Source: an uncultured Jatrophihabitans sp.
GTDB taxonomy: Bacteria; Actinomycetota; Actinomycetes; Mycobacteriales; Jatrophihabitantaceae
NCBI GenBank assembly: GCA_964252095.1
Contig: CAXUNA010000004.1
Span: 1,788-38,906 of the forward strand
DNA: 37,119 nt
Direction of reading: 5' to 3'
A model generated the notes under the pieces. That model did not search any database. It worked only from the letters and a program-made list of their open reading frames with translations, and was not told where the DNA came from. Both the position numbers and the translations under genes were made by a program. Each line of letters starts with the position of its first letter. The first letter of the stretch is position 1. Shown piece after piece: positions 8,484 to 17,708 of the stretch.

Positions 8484-9869
8484 TCAGTCGTAGATGTCGG
8501 TGGCCTGCGCGTGTCCGATCAGGGCGTCTTCGGCGCGGACGTTGTCGAGCTGCACGACGCGGGTGGGGAGCACGCTCGCGTACAACCAGTCGGTGGCGAC
8601 GCGGATCTTCGCGGAGGTCGTCGGGAGTGCGTAGAGGTGGTAACCCCGTGCGACGATCTTGGCGATGGGGCCGGTCAGCGGTATGCCCAGGGGGCGGGCG
8701 ACCGCCGCGCTGCCGCCGAAGTCGGCGACCAGGCCGAGATCGCGGTGGCGGTACGGCACGGCTGAACCGACGCCGAGGCTGGCGGCGACGTTGCGGGCGA
8801 GCGTGACACCCTGCCGTTGCGCGTGCTGGGCCGTCGGTGCGGTGAGGGGTTTCTCCTGTCCCGGAACGGGATGCAGCGTGCTGTCGGGGACGGCGGCGGC
8901 GTCGCCCGCGGCCCAGACGTCGGCGACTCCCGGCACGACGAGGTCCGTGCCGACGACCAGCCGGCCGTGGCTGGTCGGCAGGCCCAGCTGGGCGATCAGC
9001 GGGCTCGGTGCCACCCCGGCGGACCAGACCAGCGTGCGGGTGGGGACGGTGGTGCCGTCGGAGAGCGTCACCGACGTCGAGGTGACCTCGGTGACGGTGG
9101 TCTCCAGCCGGACCTCCACCCCGCGGCGGCCGAGCACCTCGAGGGCGGAACGGCCCAGGGCCGGTCCGAGTTCGGGCAGCACCTGCGGGGCGATGTCGAC
9201 GAGCACCCAGCGGACGTCGTCGGGGTCGATCGAGGTCCACCGTTCGGCGATGCCGCGCAGCAGGTGCTGGGCCTGGGCCACGTACTCGGAGCCGGTGTAG
9301 CCCGCCCCGACCGCAACGACCGTCAGGCGTTCGACCCGCTCCCGTCGGCCCGCGTCGGTGTCGGGCAGCACAGCCGCCCGATCGAGCTGGGCGAGCAGGT
9401 GATTGCGCAGGAACGCTGCCTCCTGCAACGTCTTCAGGCCGTGGGCGTGCTCGGCCACACCGGGGATGTCGAACTCGCGGGTGACCGCACCGGGGGCGAG
9501 CACCAGCCGGTCCCAGGTGACGGTGGTCGTGCCGGCGTCCGGCGACTCGACCCGGACGGAGCGACCGTCGAGATCCACGTCGACGACCCGCCCGTGGACC
9601 TGCCGCACGCCGGGAACGGCCTGCCGCAGCGGCACCGCGATGTCCCGCGGATCCAGCACGCCGGTGGCGACCTCCGGCAGCAGCGGGCTGTACAGCAGGT
9701 AGTCGGTCGGCGACACCAGCGTCACCCGCGCCTGGTTGCCCAGTCGCCGCCGCAGGTGCTTCGCCGCGTAGAACCCGGCGAAGCCGCCACCCACGATCAC
9801 GACCTGCGGGGTGTCGGCCGCGGGCTCGTCGCTGCTCCGCCGCGCACGTCGTCGGCTCGTGTTCGACAT
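8484..9869 (-). CDS. ndh: Type II NADH dehydrogenase (NAD(P)/FAD-dependent oxidoreductase)
   Basis: VVIVGGGFAGFYAAKHL dinucleotide fold, second fold VVAVGAGYTGSE, WAAGDAA motif. Start at ATG 9869 preceded by AAGGGGA; the longer ORF upstream is Arg-rich and non-protein-like. Confidence 0.9.
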   Translation of the reverse strand: MSNTSRRRARRSSDEPAADTPQVVIVGGGFAGFYAAKHLRRRLGNQARVTLVSPTDYLLYSPLLPEVATGVLDPRDIAVPLRQAVPGVRQVHGRVVDVDLDGRSVRVESPDAGTTTVTWDRLVLAPGAVTREFDIPGVAEHAHGLKTLQEAAFLRNHLLAQLDRAAVLPDTDAGRRERVERLTVVAVGAGYTGSEYVAQAQHLLRGIAERWTSIDPDDVRWVLVDIAPQVLPELGPALGRSALEVLGRRGVEVRLETTVTEVTSTSVTLSDGTTVPTRTLVWSAGVAPSPLIAQLGLPTSHGRLVVGTDLVVPGVADVWAAGDAAAVPDSTLHPVPGQEKPLTAPTAQHAQRQGVTLARNVAASLGVGSAVPYRHRDLGLVADFGGSAAVARPLGIPLTGPIAKIVARGYHLYALPTTSAKIRVATDWLYASVLPTRVVQLDNVRAEDALIGHAQATDIYD

Positions 9870-10117
9870 GTCGTCCCCTTGCTGGTCGGTGGTTCGGCCG
9901 CGGACCGCTGCGCGCCCAGCCTGGCACCAGCTCGCACGACGTGCGCGGTTCCGGCGGTCCTCTCCTCCGTGTCGTCGGCGGCGGCCCGGTCCGATACCGT
10001 TCCCACGTCGTTGCAGACGACACCGGGCCGAGGTCGGCACTGCAGCGTCGGCGCCGACAGATCGGGATCCTGTCACCCTCGGGCGCCGGCCGTCCTGGGT
10101 CGCCGGAGGTTCCGGAC

Positions 10118-11017
10118 TCAGATCGCGAGCAGGAACTTGGTGCGCTCGCCGGCCTCGAGGCGGGTGTGAGCGGCCGCGGCGTCGGCGAGCGGGACCGTCG
10201 TGTGGGCCCGCAGGGTGAGGCCGCCGCCCGCCAGCGCGGTCATGGCCTCCTGCAGGGCGGCGGTGGCGCCCACGGGGTCGGGACCCGACAGTCGCACGCC
10301 GTGCTCGGCGGCCGTGTGGTTGCTCAGGGTGATCACCCGTGCCGGACCTCCGGCGATCTGCACCGCAGCGGCGAGGTCGGAACCGGTGGCGGCGTCGAAG
10401 ACCGCGTCGACGGCGCCGACGCCGTGGACCGCGGTGACGAGGCCGGGGCCGTACTCGACCGGTGTGGCACCGAGCTCCTCGGCCGCCCCGAAGTCCCCAC
10501 GACGCACCGCCGCGATGACGCGTGCCCCACGGGCCACGGCGACCTGGGTGGCGATGGTCCCGACCGAACCCGTTCCGCCCAGGATCAGCAGGGTGTCCGA
10601 TGCGGTGACCGCCAGCTGGTTGAGCACCCGCACTGCTGCCTCACCCGAGGCGGGGAGTGCGGCGGCGTCCTCCCACCTGACGTGCTCCGGTTTGCGCACC
10701 CAGAGGTCCGCGAGGACGAGCTCGGCGTAACCGCCCAGGCCGGGCAGGAACGCCGCGACCTCGTCGCCGGGCACGACGTCGCCCACGTCACCACCGACAG
10801 CTTCGACGACCCCGGCGGTCTCGAACCCGAGCACGGTGCCGGGCGGTGTCGGGAAGGCCTTGAGCGAGCCGGCGCGGATGGCGAGGTCGGTGGGTCCGAC
10901 ACCGGACAGCCGTGCCGCGATCCTGATCTGCGACGGGCCGGGTGCCGTGACGGTGACCTCAGCCGGTTGCAGGACATCCGGTCGTCCGAAGCCGGTCAGA
11001 ACGGTGGCGCGGGTCAT
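10118..11017 (-). CDS. NADPH:quinone oxidoreductase / MDR-family zinc-type alcohol dehydrogenase-like protein
   Basis: N-terminal GroES-like fold (GPSQIRIAARLSGVGPTDLAIRAG...GFETAGVVEAVG) and Rossmann motif LILGGTGSVG. ATG 11017 preceded by GAGGA. Confidence 0.85.
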   Translation of the reverse strand: MTRATVLTGFGRPDVLQPAEVTVTAPGPSQIRIAARLSGVGPTDLAIRAGSLKAFPTPPGTVLGFETAGVVEAVGGDVGDVVPGDEVAAFLPGLGGYAELVLADLWVRKPEHVRWEDAAALPASGEAAVRVLNQLAVTASDTLLILGGTGSVGTIATQVAVARGARVIAAVRRGDFGAAEELGATPVEYGPGLVTAVHGVGAVDAVFDAATGSDLAAAVQIAGGPARVITLSNHTAAEHGVRLSGPDPVGATAALQEAMTALAGGGLTLRAHTTVPLADAAAAHTRLEAGERTKFLLAI

Positions 11018-11117
11018 CAGGGTCCTCGGAGTCGTCGGGATGTGGTTACGTCACGCTGGGACCGGGAGGCCAGGGTGGCTCGGTCCCGTCGCGACGACGT
11101 GGTCGAGAAAGGATGTC

Positions 11118-11648
11118 ATGTCACGCAAAGCTTCGGCAAGGGGGTCCGACGACCCCTGGTTGAGCCCGGGGCAGCAGCGGGTCTGGCTCGCGTGGATGCG
11201 GATCTCGCTGCGGATGGATTTCGAGCTCAACCGCGAGCTGCAGGAGGACAGCGACCTGTCCCACTCCGACTACCACGTGCTCGTGGCGTTGGGCGGCACG
11301 CCGGACGGTCGGTTGCAGCTCTCCGATCTCGCCAACACGATCGGGTGGGAGCGCAGCCGGTTGTCCCACCACCTGCAGCGGATGACGGCACGCGGACTGA
11401 CGCGACGAGTGCCCTCGACCACCGACGGCCGGGCCACCGACGCGGTCATCACCCCCGCCGGTCGTCGGGCCCTGACCGCCGTCGCGCCCCGGCACGCCAC
11501 GTTCGTACGCGACCTGTTCTTCGCCGACCTCGACGACGCCGACCTGCCGACGCTCGCCGATCTGCTCGAGCGGGTGTACGACGGTGTGCTGGCTCGCGGA
11601 ACGTTGCCCCCGCCACCGGTTCCCGGCGGATCGGAGGCGGACGGCTGA
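11118..11648 (+). CDS. MarR-family transcriptional regulator
   Basis: Winged-helix core SDYHVLVALGGTPDGRLQLSDLANTIGWERSRLSHHLQRMTARGLTRR...DGRATDAVITPAGRRAL. ATG 11118 preceded by AAAGGA. Divergent from the oxidoreductase at 10118..11017. Confidence 0.9.
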   Translation: MSRKASARGSDDPWLSPGQQRVWLAWMRISLRMDFELNRELQEDSDLSHSDYHVLVALGGTPDGRLQLSDLANTIGWERSRLSHHLQRMTARGLTRRVPSTTDGRATDAVITPAGRRALTAVAPRHATFVRDLFFADLDDADLPTLADLLERVYDGVLARGTLPPPPVPGGSEADG

Positions 11649-11728
11649 CGCGACCGCGGACGGCTGACCGCACCGGTCCTCCGGTCCGACAGCTCGACGG
11701 CGCTGCTGCGGGCGAAGGTCACCCAGGC

Positions 11729-12907
11729 TCAGGTGCCCGGGCGGAACACGGCACGGACGCAGCCGTCGGTCTTGTCGTTGAACATCGCGTACCCCTCCGG
11801 CCCCTGCGACAACGGCATGACGTGGGTGGCCAGGTGCCTGGTCCAGAGCTCACCGCGCTCGAGCCGGCCGAGGATCTCCGGGATGTAGCGATGGCCGTGC
11901 TGCTGGGCGCCACGGAACGTCAGCCCCTTGTTGATGACCGCGCCGAGCGGGAACTTGTCGACCAGCCCGCCGAACACCCCGAGCACGAAGACGCCACCAC
12001 CCTTCCGGCAGGCGTGCACCGCCTGCCGCACCGCGGTGGGCCGGTCGGTCTGCAACCGCAGTTGTTGCTTCACCTGGTCGTAGACCCCGAGCGGCCCGCC
12101 CGGGTGCGCCTCCATCCCCACCGCTTCGATGCACACGTCGGGTCCGCGGCCGCCGGTGCGTTCGCGGAGCGCGACCGACACGTCGACCTCGCTGAGGTCC
12201 AGGGTGTCGACGCCGACGTGCTCGCGGGCCTGGGCGAGACGTTCCGGCAGTCGGTCGATGACGATGACCTCGCCGGCGCCGCGGGTCAGCGCGGCAGCGG
12301 CGGCCATCTGGCCGACGCCACCGGCGCCCCAGACGGCGACGACGTCACCGGGTGCGATGCCGATGAGGTCGGCGCCGGTTCACCCGGTCGCGGCGGCGTC
12401 GGAGGCGAACAACGCGCTCATGTCGTCGACGCCGTCGGGGACGGTGAACGCGCCGTGGTCGGCGAACGGCACCCGGACGTACTCGGCGTGGCTGCCCGCG
12501 AAGCCGCCGAGGGCGTGGGAGTACCCGAAACAGCCGCCGGGCGCGAAACCCCACAGCGCTTCGGTGATCGCCGGCGTGGGGTTGCTGTTGTCGCACAACG
12601 ACCACAGGTCGTGGGTGCAGTACCAGCACCGCCCGCAGCCGATGAACGAGCACACGACCACCCGGTCGCCCACGCGGTGTCGGCGCACACCCGGCCCGAT
12701 CTCGACGACCTCGCCCATGAACTCGTGTCCGAGCACGTCACCCGCACGCATCGCGGGGATGTAACCGCCGAGCAGATGCAGGTCCGAGCCGCATGTCGTG
12801 GTGAGCGTGACCTTCACGATGATGTCGCGGTCGTCGAGGAGGGTGGGCTCGTCGACGTCCTCGACCGCGAGCTTGTTCACGCCGGTCCAGCACAGGGCCT
12901 GCATCAC
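11729..12907 (-). pseudogene. Zinc-dependent alcohol dehydrogenase (formaldehyde-dehydrogenase-like) interrupted by an in-frame TGA at 12380-12382
   Basis: ORFs 12380..12907 and 11729..12307 are in the same frame. Read-through gives ...FASDAAATG*TGADLIGIAPGDVVAVWGAGGVGQMAAAAA..., i.e. catalytic domain (GHEFMGEVVEIG, CGRCWYC) followed by the Rossmann GxGxxG. The stop sits where homologues carry an aromatic residue after the TG, so TGG (Trp) to TGA is a plausible single transition. Confidence 0.8.
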
Positions 12908-13536
12908 AGCACCCCCTGGTCCCGGCCGTGCGCCTGCGCGACGTCGATGGCCCGGCCGGCGAGCGTGCGGGTGCGGCGACCGGCCGGTTGCGGGTCCACC
13001 CGCATCACCTGCCCGGTCTCCAGCAGCTGTTTGGTCTCGCGCAGTGCCTCACGCAACCTGCTCTGGAGTTCCGCCGCGCCGTCGGCCGGGCGCCGCCCGT
13101 CGTGACTCTCGGCGCTCGTGACCAGGCGGGCGGCGATGACGGTCCCCTTGTCGGCGGGCGCGGGACGGACGTCGACCTCGATCCGGTCGCCGAGGTCGGC
13201 GAGCGGGCCGGGCACCCCACCCGCCGCGTCGACGACGCCGCGGTCGACGAGCGCGGTGACGGCGAGCCAACCACCGGGATCGGCTCCCGGTGCCGCGTGC
13301 GACAACCGCGCGCGAATCTCGCGGCCGAGCCGGTCCGCGCCCTGCCGGACGCCGCGCAGGACGGACGGCGGTGATGACGGTGATCCCACGGAGCGGCTCC
13401 CGCCGGTGGTTCCGCGCGCGCTGCACGCGGCCACGAGGTGCCAGGTTGCTCCTGGGCTCGTACGGGGTGCGTACCCGTGTCGGGAGGTGTCGTCCCGTCC
13501 CCGGTCCGACCGGACCGCGACATCGCGCGGCGTCAC
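12904..13536 (-). CDS. SRPBCC (cyclase/dehydrase)-like protein; start uncertain (alternative GTG at 13389)
   Basis: C-terminal half resembles the SRPBCC family (IEVDVRPAPADKGTVIAARL...LREALRETKQLLETGQV). Its TGA overlaps the ADH ATG by 1 nt (TGATG at 12902-12906). N-terminal ~50 codons have poorer third-position GC; GTG 13389 is preceded by GGGAG. Confidence 0.5.
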   Translation of the reverse strand: MTPRDVAVRSDRGRDDTSRHGYAPRTSPGATWHLVAACSARGTTGGSRSVGSPSSPPSVLRGVRQGADRLGREIRARLSHAAPGADPGGWLAVTALVDRGVVDAAGGVPGPLADLGDRIEVDVRPAPADKGTVIAARLVTSAESHDGRRPADGAAELQSRLREALRETKQLLETGQVMRVDPQPAGRRTRTLAGRAIDVAQAHGRDQGVL

Positions 13537-13613
13537 GAACCACGCGCGGTTCCTACTGTGGGCGTGTGCCGCACTCCGAACCGACCCTCACCACCACCGG
13601 GAGCGACGGTGAC

Positions 13614-14771
13614 ATGTGGCGAGCGGCGGCCGAGGCCTCCCACGTGCCGATCTGCCTGTCGGACCCCACCGCCCCGGATCAGCCGCTGGTGTGGGTGAAC
13701 ACCGCCTTCGAACGGGTCACCGGATACCGCGCCGAGGACGCCGTCGGACGCAACTGCCGCTTCCTGCAGGGCGCGGACACCGACCCCGCCGCCGTCGACC
13801 GCATCCGCGAAGCCCTACGCCGGCAGGAGCCGGTGACCGAGACCCTCCTCAACCACCGGCGCGACGGGCGGCCGTTCTGGAACCGGCTCTCCCTCAGTCC
13901 GCTCCGCGACGCGACCGGCCGCGTGGTGCGGTACGTGGGGGTCCAGGACGACGTCACCGCCCAGGTCGACGCCGTGCGGGTCCGTGACGCCGCACTCGTC
14001 GACCTGCGGCACGCCAACGCCGCGCTCGCGGAGCTCTCGCGTCGAGAGCACCAGGCCGCGCTGACGCTCCAGACCGGCCTGCTGCCACGCCTCACCCCCG
14101 TCGACGGCGTGGACGTCGCCGCCCGCTACGTGCCCTCCACGGTCGGAGCCGCGATCGGCGGTGACTGGTACGACGTGGTGGAACTCCCGGACGGCCACGT
14201 CGGCATCGCGGTCGGAGACGTCATCGGTCACGACCTCCGCGCAGCAGCCGCGATGGGACAGCTGCGGTCGATGATGCGGGCTCTCGCCTGGACCCACCGC
14301 GAACCCGCCCGCGTGCTCGAACGGCTGGACGAGCTGTGCCAGGCGGTCGTCGACGTCACCTTCGCCACCGTCTTCTACGGCGTGCTGTCCCCCGCGGCGA
14401 CCCCCGGTCGGGTCGCCACCCTGACGTGGAGCCGTGCGGGCCACCCGCCGCCGCTGCTGCGCGCGCCGGACGGCGGCGTCACCCGGCTCGACTCCGTCGT
14501 CGCCCCGCCGATCGGGCTACTGGCCGGTCGACCCGTCGCCCAGCAGACGACCGGGCTGCCGCCGGGCTCGGCGCTCGTCCTCTACACCGACGGCCTCGTC
14601 GAACACCGCGACCGCGACCTCGAGGACGGCCTCACCGCGCTGAGCGATGTGGTGCGTCGAGCCCCGGCCGGCCGTGACGCTGCCGGGCTGCGAGACGCGG
14701 TCGTCGACGCGCTCGTCCCGCCCGAGCCGGCGGACGACACCTGCGTGCTGGTCGTCGTCCCCGTTCCCTGA
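13614..14771 (+). CDS. LOV (PAS) domain - PP2C/SpoIIE serine phosphatase fusion protein
   Basis: LOV signature PLVWVNTAFERVTGYRAEDAVGRNCRFLQG...LNHRRDGRPFWNRLSLSPL...YVGVQDDVT, with the adduct-forming Cys codon TGC at 13755-13757. PP2C motifs GGDWYDV, VGDVIGHDLRAAAAMGQLR, LVLYTDGLVE. ATG 13614 preceded by GGGAG. Confidence 0.9.
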   Translation: MWRAAAEASHVPICLSDPTAPDQPLVWVNTAFERVTGYRAEDAVGRNCRFLQGADTDPAAVDRIREALRRQEPVTETLLNHRRDGRPFWNRLSLSPLRDATGRVVRYVGVQDDVTAQVDAVRVRDAALVDLRHANAALAELSRREHQAALTLQTGLLPRLTPVDGVDVAARYVPSTVGAAIGGDWYDVVELPDGHVGIAVGDVIGHDLRAAAAMGQLRSMMRALAWTHREPARVLERLDELCQAVVDVTFATVFYGVLSPAATPGRVATLTWSRAGHPPPLLRAPDGGVTRLDSVVAPPIGLLAGRPVAQQTTGLPPGSALVLYTDGLVEHRDRDLEDGLTALSDVVRRAPAGRDAAGLRDAVVDALVPPEPADDTCVLVVVPVP

Positions 14772-14863
14772 GCCGCAGTCGTCGCACGGACAGTGACCGA
14801 CTGGTGCACCACGCAGCGGTCACCGTCCCGGTGCGCAGCCGATCGGACCCCGCAGGAGGCGGC

Positions 14864-15469
14864 ATGGAACTGCTCGACATCTCGCGGGTCATCGGCCCGG
14901 CTCTGGCGATGCCGCCGGGTGGTGCAGCGCCGGGTACGAGCCTGGTCTGTGACATTGGTCCGGACTCGCCGTCGAGGGTGACGCGGCTGGAGAACTGGAC
15001 GACGCACCTCGCCACCCACGTCGACGTTCCCCGTCACTTCCTGCCCGACGGGGAGACGGTCGACGCGGTCGACCTCCGCCGTTTCCGAGGACCCGCGACG
15101 GTCGTCCGCGTCGCCGGCCGCGCCGTCCTCCCCGCTGACGTCCCGCGTGTGCCGGCCGGGCACAACATCCTGTTCGCGACCGGCGGCGATCCCGATGACC
15201 CCGACGTGGGTGGCTACCTGCACCCGGACACCGTCGCAGTCCTTCTCGCCCGCCGGCCCAACCTCGTCGGCATCGACGCCGGCGGCGTCGACCGCCCCGG
15301 CGACCACGCGTGCCCCGCTCACCACGGGCTGCTCGGCGCAGGCGTGCTCCTGCTGGAAGGTCTGGACCTCACCGGTGTCGCACAGGGCGACTACACGCTG
15401 TGGGCGCTCCCCCTGCGTATCGCGGACGGCGACGGCTCCCCCGTCCGCGCCGTGCTCGTCCGCGACTGA
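14864..15469 (+). CDS. Cyclase-family protein (kynurenine-formamidase-like fold)
   Basis: Motif THLATHVDVPRHF matches the HxGTHxDxPxH pattern of the putative-cyclase family. ATG 14864 preceded by AGGAGG. Confidence 0.8.
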   Translation: MELLDISRVIGPALAMPPGGAAPGTSLVCDIGPDSPSRVTRLENWTTHLATHVDVPRHFLPDGETVDAVDLRRFRGPATVVRVAGRAVLPADVPRVPAGHNILFATGGDPDDPDVGGYLHPDTVAVLLARRPNLVGIDAGGVDRPGDHACPAHHGLLGAGVLLLEGLDLTGVAQGDYTLWALPLRIADGDGSPVRAVLVRD

Positions 15470-15826
15470 TCGACCACACCGGTGCGCATCGCGAGACGAC
15501 GCGGCGTTCGTCGACCGTGCCGGCACCTCCACCGGGAGCTCGCTCGTGACCGCAGACGAGGCAGGCATCCGGCGTGAGGCGGCAGGCGCCGGTGCGCACT
15601 CCGCGTCGAGGGCCGCGGCCCGGGTTCTCACCGACAGCACGCGCCGGGACGGTCAGCGGATCGAGAGGTCGTCCACGTACCCCCGGTAGCCGCCCACGGC
15701 TTTCGGGCTGTCGAAGGCGACGAGGATCCTGTCGATGCCCGTCGAATTCCGACACCGCGCACCGGACGGCAACTGCTGCGTCGTGCAACCGTCCGGTCGC
15801 GTGATCGGTCCGAACTGCGGGCGGGG

Positions 15827-16309
15827 GTGGGCCTGGCTCGGACGCCGACAGCCGTCGACCCGTCGCTATCGTCGCGCTGCGTGGACAGCAACGACGTTCC
15901 GGGGCGACGCGTCACCTCGCGCGTGCTGATCGTGTCGGCGGTCGTGATGATCGCCTACTGGGTGCTGTGGTTCGCCGCCCGTGGGATCGTCGCGAGCAAC
16001 AACCGCTCCGCGTACGACGAGTTCGAGAACGCCTTCCCGCTGGCCGACGGGTGGATCACCTGGTGCCTGCTCGCCGCGTGGTGGACGCTGCGGCGCGGCC
16101 GTCCCGTCGCCGTGTTGTGGCTGCTCGCGGGCGGCGGAGCGGGGATCTACCTCTTCGGGATGGACGTGCTGTACGACCTCGAGCAGGGCATCTGGTGGCG
16201 CTCCGGCGCGGGCGGCATCATCGAGCTCGGGATCAACGCGTTGACCCTCGCGGTGTCACTCGCACTGGTGACGTGGACGTGGCGGCACCGCACCGCTCTG
16301 CTCGGCTGA
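15827..16309 (+). CDS. Small integral membrane protein (about 4 TM helices), unknown function; start uncertain (GTG 15827/15881/15923 or ATG 15947)
   Basis: Hydrophobic segments VLIVSAVVMIAYWVLWFAA, WITWCLLAAWWTL, VAVLWLLAGGGAGIYLFGM, IIELGINALTLAVSLALVTW. Good third-position GC. Confidence 0.6.
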   Translation: MGLARTPTAVDPSLSSRCVDSNDVPGRRVTSRVLIVSAVVMIAYWVLWFAARGIVASNNRSAYDEFENAFPLADGWITWCLLAAWWTLRRGRPVAVLWLLAGGGAGIYLFGMDVLYDLEQGIWWRSGAGGIIELGINALTLAVSLALVTWTWRHRTALLG

Positions 16310-16422
16310 CAGCGTCGTCGCGGCGCGGGGTCGTCGCCCGTCGCGGTGAACGGGGTTCGCCGACCCGGACCGGCGGCCCGATCGGGGAGCGGAGCAGGCC
16401 GCGACCCGACGTCGGGGACCCG

Positions 16423-17142
16423 TCAGGACGTCGGCCGACCCTCGTCGCTGATCTCCACCTGCAAGCCGGTCCCGGTCACCTCGACCCGGCACGCCCGCAG
16501 GTCGTGCACGACCAGGTCGGCCTCGGTCAGGTCCTCGATCGGATGTGACGTCGCGACGGCGAGGACCCGGGCTCCGGCGGCCACTCCGGCGCGGACACCG
16601 GCCGGGGCGTCCTCGACGACCAGGCAGCGTCCGATCCGCGCGCGGAGGCGCTCGGCCGCCACCAGGTACCCCTGCGGATCGGGTTTCCCCGCGGTGACGT
16701 CACCGGCGGCGACCAGGACGTCGGGCACGGGCAGTCCCGCCGCCGCGAGGCGCGCCTCCATCAGGGCGCGGGAGCCGGACGTGACGGCGGCCCATCGTCG
16801 TCGAGGGAGGCCGGCGAGCAGTGAGGCTGCCGCGGGCAACGCCACGACGTCGTCGAGATCGTCGAGTTCCGGCGCCTCGTGTTCGGCCAGCGCCGCCGCC
16901 ACGTCCGCCCGGGGAAGGAACTCGGCGATCGTGTCCACGCTGCGACGGCCGTGGGCGACGCGCAGGATCGCGTCGGCATCGAGCCGGTACCGGCCGGCCC
17001 AGGTTCGCCACACCCGCTCGACCACCGGCGTCGAATCGACCAGGGTGCCGTCGATGTCGACGAGCAGGGCGTCGAGGTCCGTCAGCACGTGCGCCACGCC
17101 GACAGTCTCGTCGCCGCCCCCGGGCACGCGGTCGTCGCCCAC
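16423..17142 (-). CDS. HAD-superfamily hydrolase (beta-phosphoglucomutase/sugar-phosphatase-like)
   Basis: HAD motif I LLVDIDGTLVDS, motif II AAVTSGS, motifs III/IV GKPDPQGY...LVVEDAPAGVRAGVAAG. GTG start at 17142 (alternative GTG 17097). Confidence 0.85.
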   Translation of the reverse strand: MGDDRVPGGGDETVGVAHVLTDLDALLVDIDGTLVDSTPVVERVWRTWAGRYRLDADAILRVAHGRRSVDTIAEFLPRADVAAALAEHEAPELDDLDDVVALPAAASLLAGLPRRRWAAVTSGSRALMEARLAAAGLPVPDVLVAAGDVTAGKPDPQGYLVAAERLRARIGRCLVVEDAPAGVRAGVAAGARVLAVATSHPIEDLTEADLVVHDLRACRVEVTGTGLQVEISDEGRPTS

Positions 17143-17195
17143 CGCACCCGCCGATCGTCAGCGGAGCGACTCCGGCCCTGGGCGCGTTTCGCGAA

Positions 17196-17627
17196 CTACG
17201 TCGAACCGACCACTCGGCGCCGGTCAGGTGCGGCCTCGACCACGGGAGCGTCGGTCTCGGCGGCGCGCAGGACGCCGCGTTGAGTGGTCCGTGCCTGTTC
17301 GAACCGCGCACGCCCGGCAGGCGTGATCCGGGTGAAGACCGAGCGACGGTCGTCGACGCACATGGTGCGGTCGACGAGCCCGTCACGTTCCAGCCGCGAC
17401 ACCAGCCGCGACAGGGCGCTCTGGGTCAGGTGGACGTGCCCCGCGAGCTCGTGCATGCGCAGCGAGCCGTCGTCACCGTTGACCGCGAGCTGCTGCAGGA
17501 CCTCGAAGTCACTGCCGGAGATGCCGTGTGCCTGTTCCAGCTCGCGGTCGAGGACGCAGCTGATGCGGTGGTAGCGACCCATCAGCTCGTGCCAGGCACG
17601 GGCGAGGTCGTCGTCGCTCCCTCCCAT
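17196..17627 (-). CDS. MarR-family transcriptional regulator
   Basis: SDFEVLQQLAVNGDDGSLRMHELAGHVHLTQSALSRLVSRLERDGLVDR...DDRRSVFTRITPAGR. Divergent from the MFS exporter. Confidence 0.9.
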   Translation of the reverse strand: MGGSDDDLARAWHELMGRYHRISCVLDRELEQAHGISGSDFEVLQQLAVNGDDGSLRMHELAGHVHLTQSALSRLVSRLERDGLVDRTMCVDDRRSVFTRITPAGRARFEQARTTQRGVLRAAETDAPVVEAAPDRRRVVGST

Positions 17628-17666
17628 GACGTCAGGGTAACACGTGCATGTACATCTGATGCCAGC

Positions 17667-17708
17667 GCATATGATGTTTGCACATTAGTTGCACATGCAT
17701 ATGATGTT
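17667..17708. promoter_or_regulatory. Repeat-rich AT-enriched operator/promoter region between MarR and the MFS exporter
   Basis: GCATATGATGTT occurs twice (17667-17678, 17697-17708). TTGCACAT occurs twice (17678-17685, 17689-17696). This is the only AT-rich patch in the neighbourhood and it overlaps the candidate MFS start codons. Confidence 0.6.

Noticed and set aside
8484-9869. Linking the type II NADH dehydrogenase to the FMN_bind/ApbE cluster as a Listeria-like flavin-based extracellular electron-transfer locus
   Set aside because: The ndh gene lies about 17 kb away, separated by many unrelated genes and regulators. No EetA/EetB- or DmkA/B-like genes were recognised. Proximity is insufficient evidence.
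12340-12382. Selenocysteine or programmed read-through at the in-frame TGA of the alcohol dehydrogenase (a small GCCGA/TCGGC hairpin starts a few nt downstream)
   Set aside because: The position (after ...ATG, before the Rossmann fold) is not a catalytic or redox site in this family. The hairpin is only 5 bp and unlike bacterial SECIS elements. No selenoprotein machinery is visible. A TGG-to-TGA nonsense change or a sequence error is simpler.
15653-15865. Minus-strand open frame ending ...STGIDRILVAFDSPKAVGGYRGYVDDLSIR*, reminiscent of the C-terminus of a LamG/lectin-like domain (possible gene remnant)
   Set aside because: There is no ATG/GTG start within the open frame, only about 30 residues look protein-like, and I cannot verify the similarity without a database search. 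Left unannotated.
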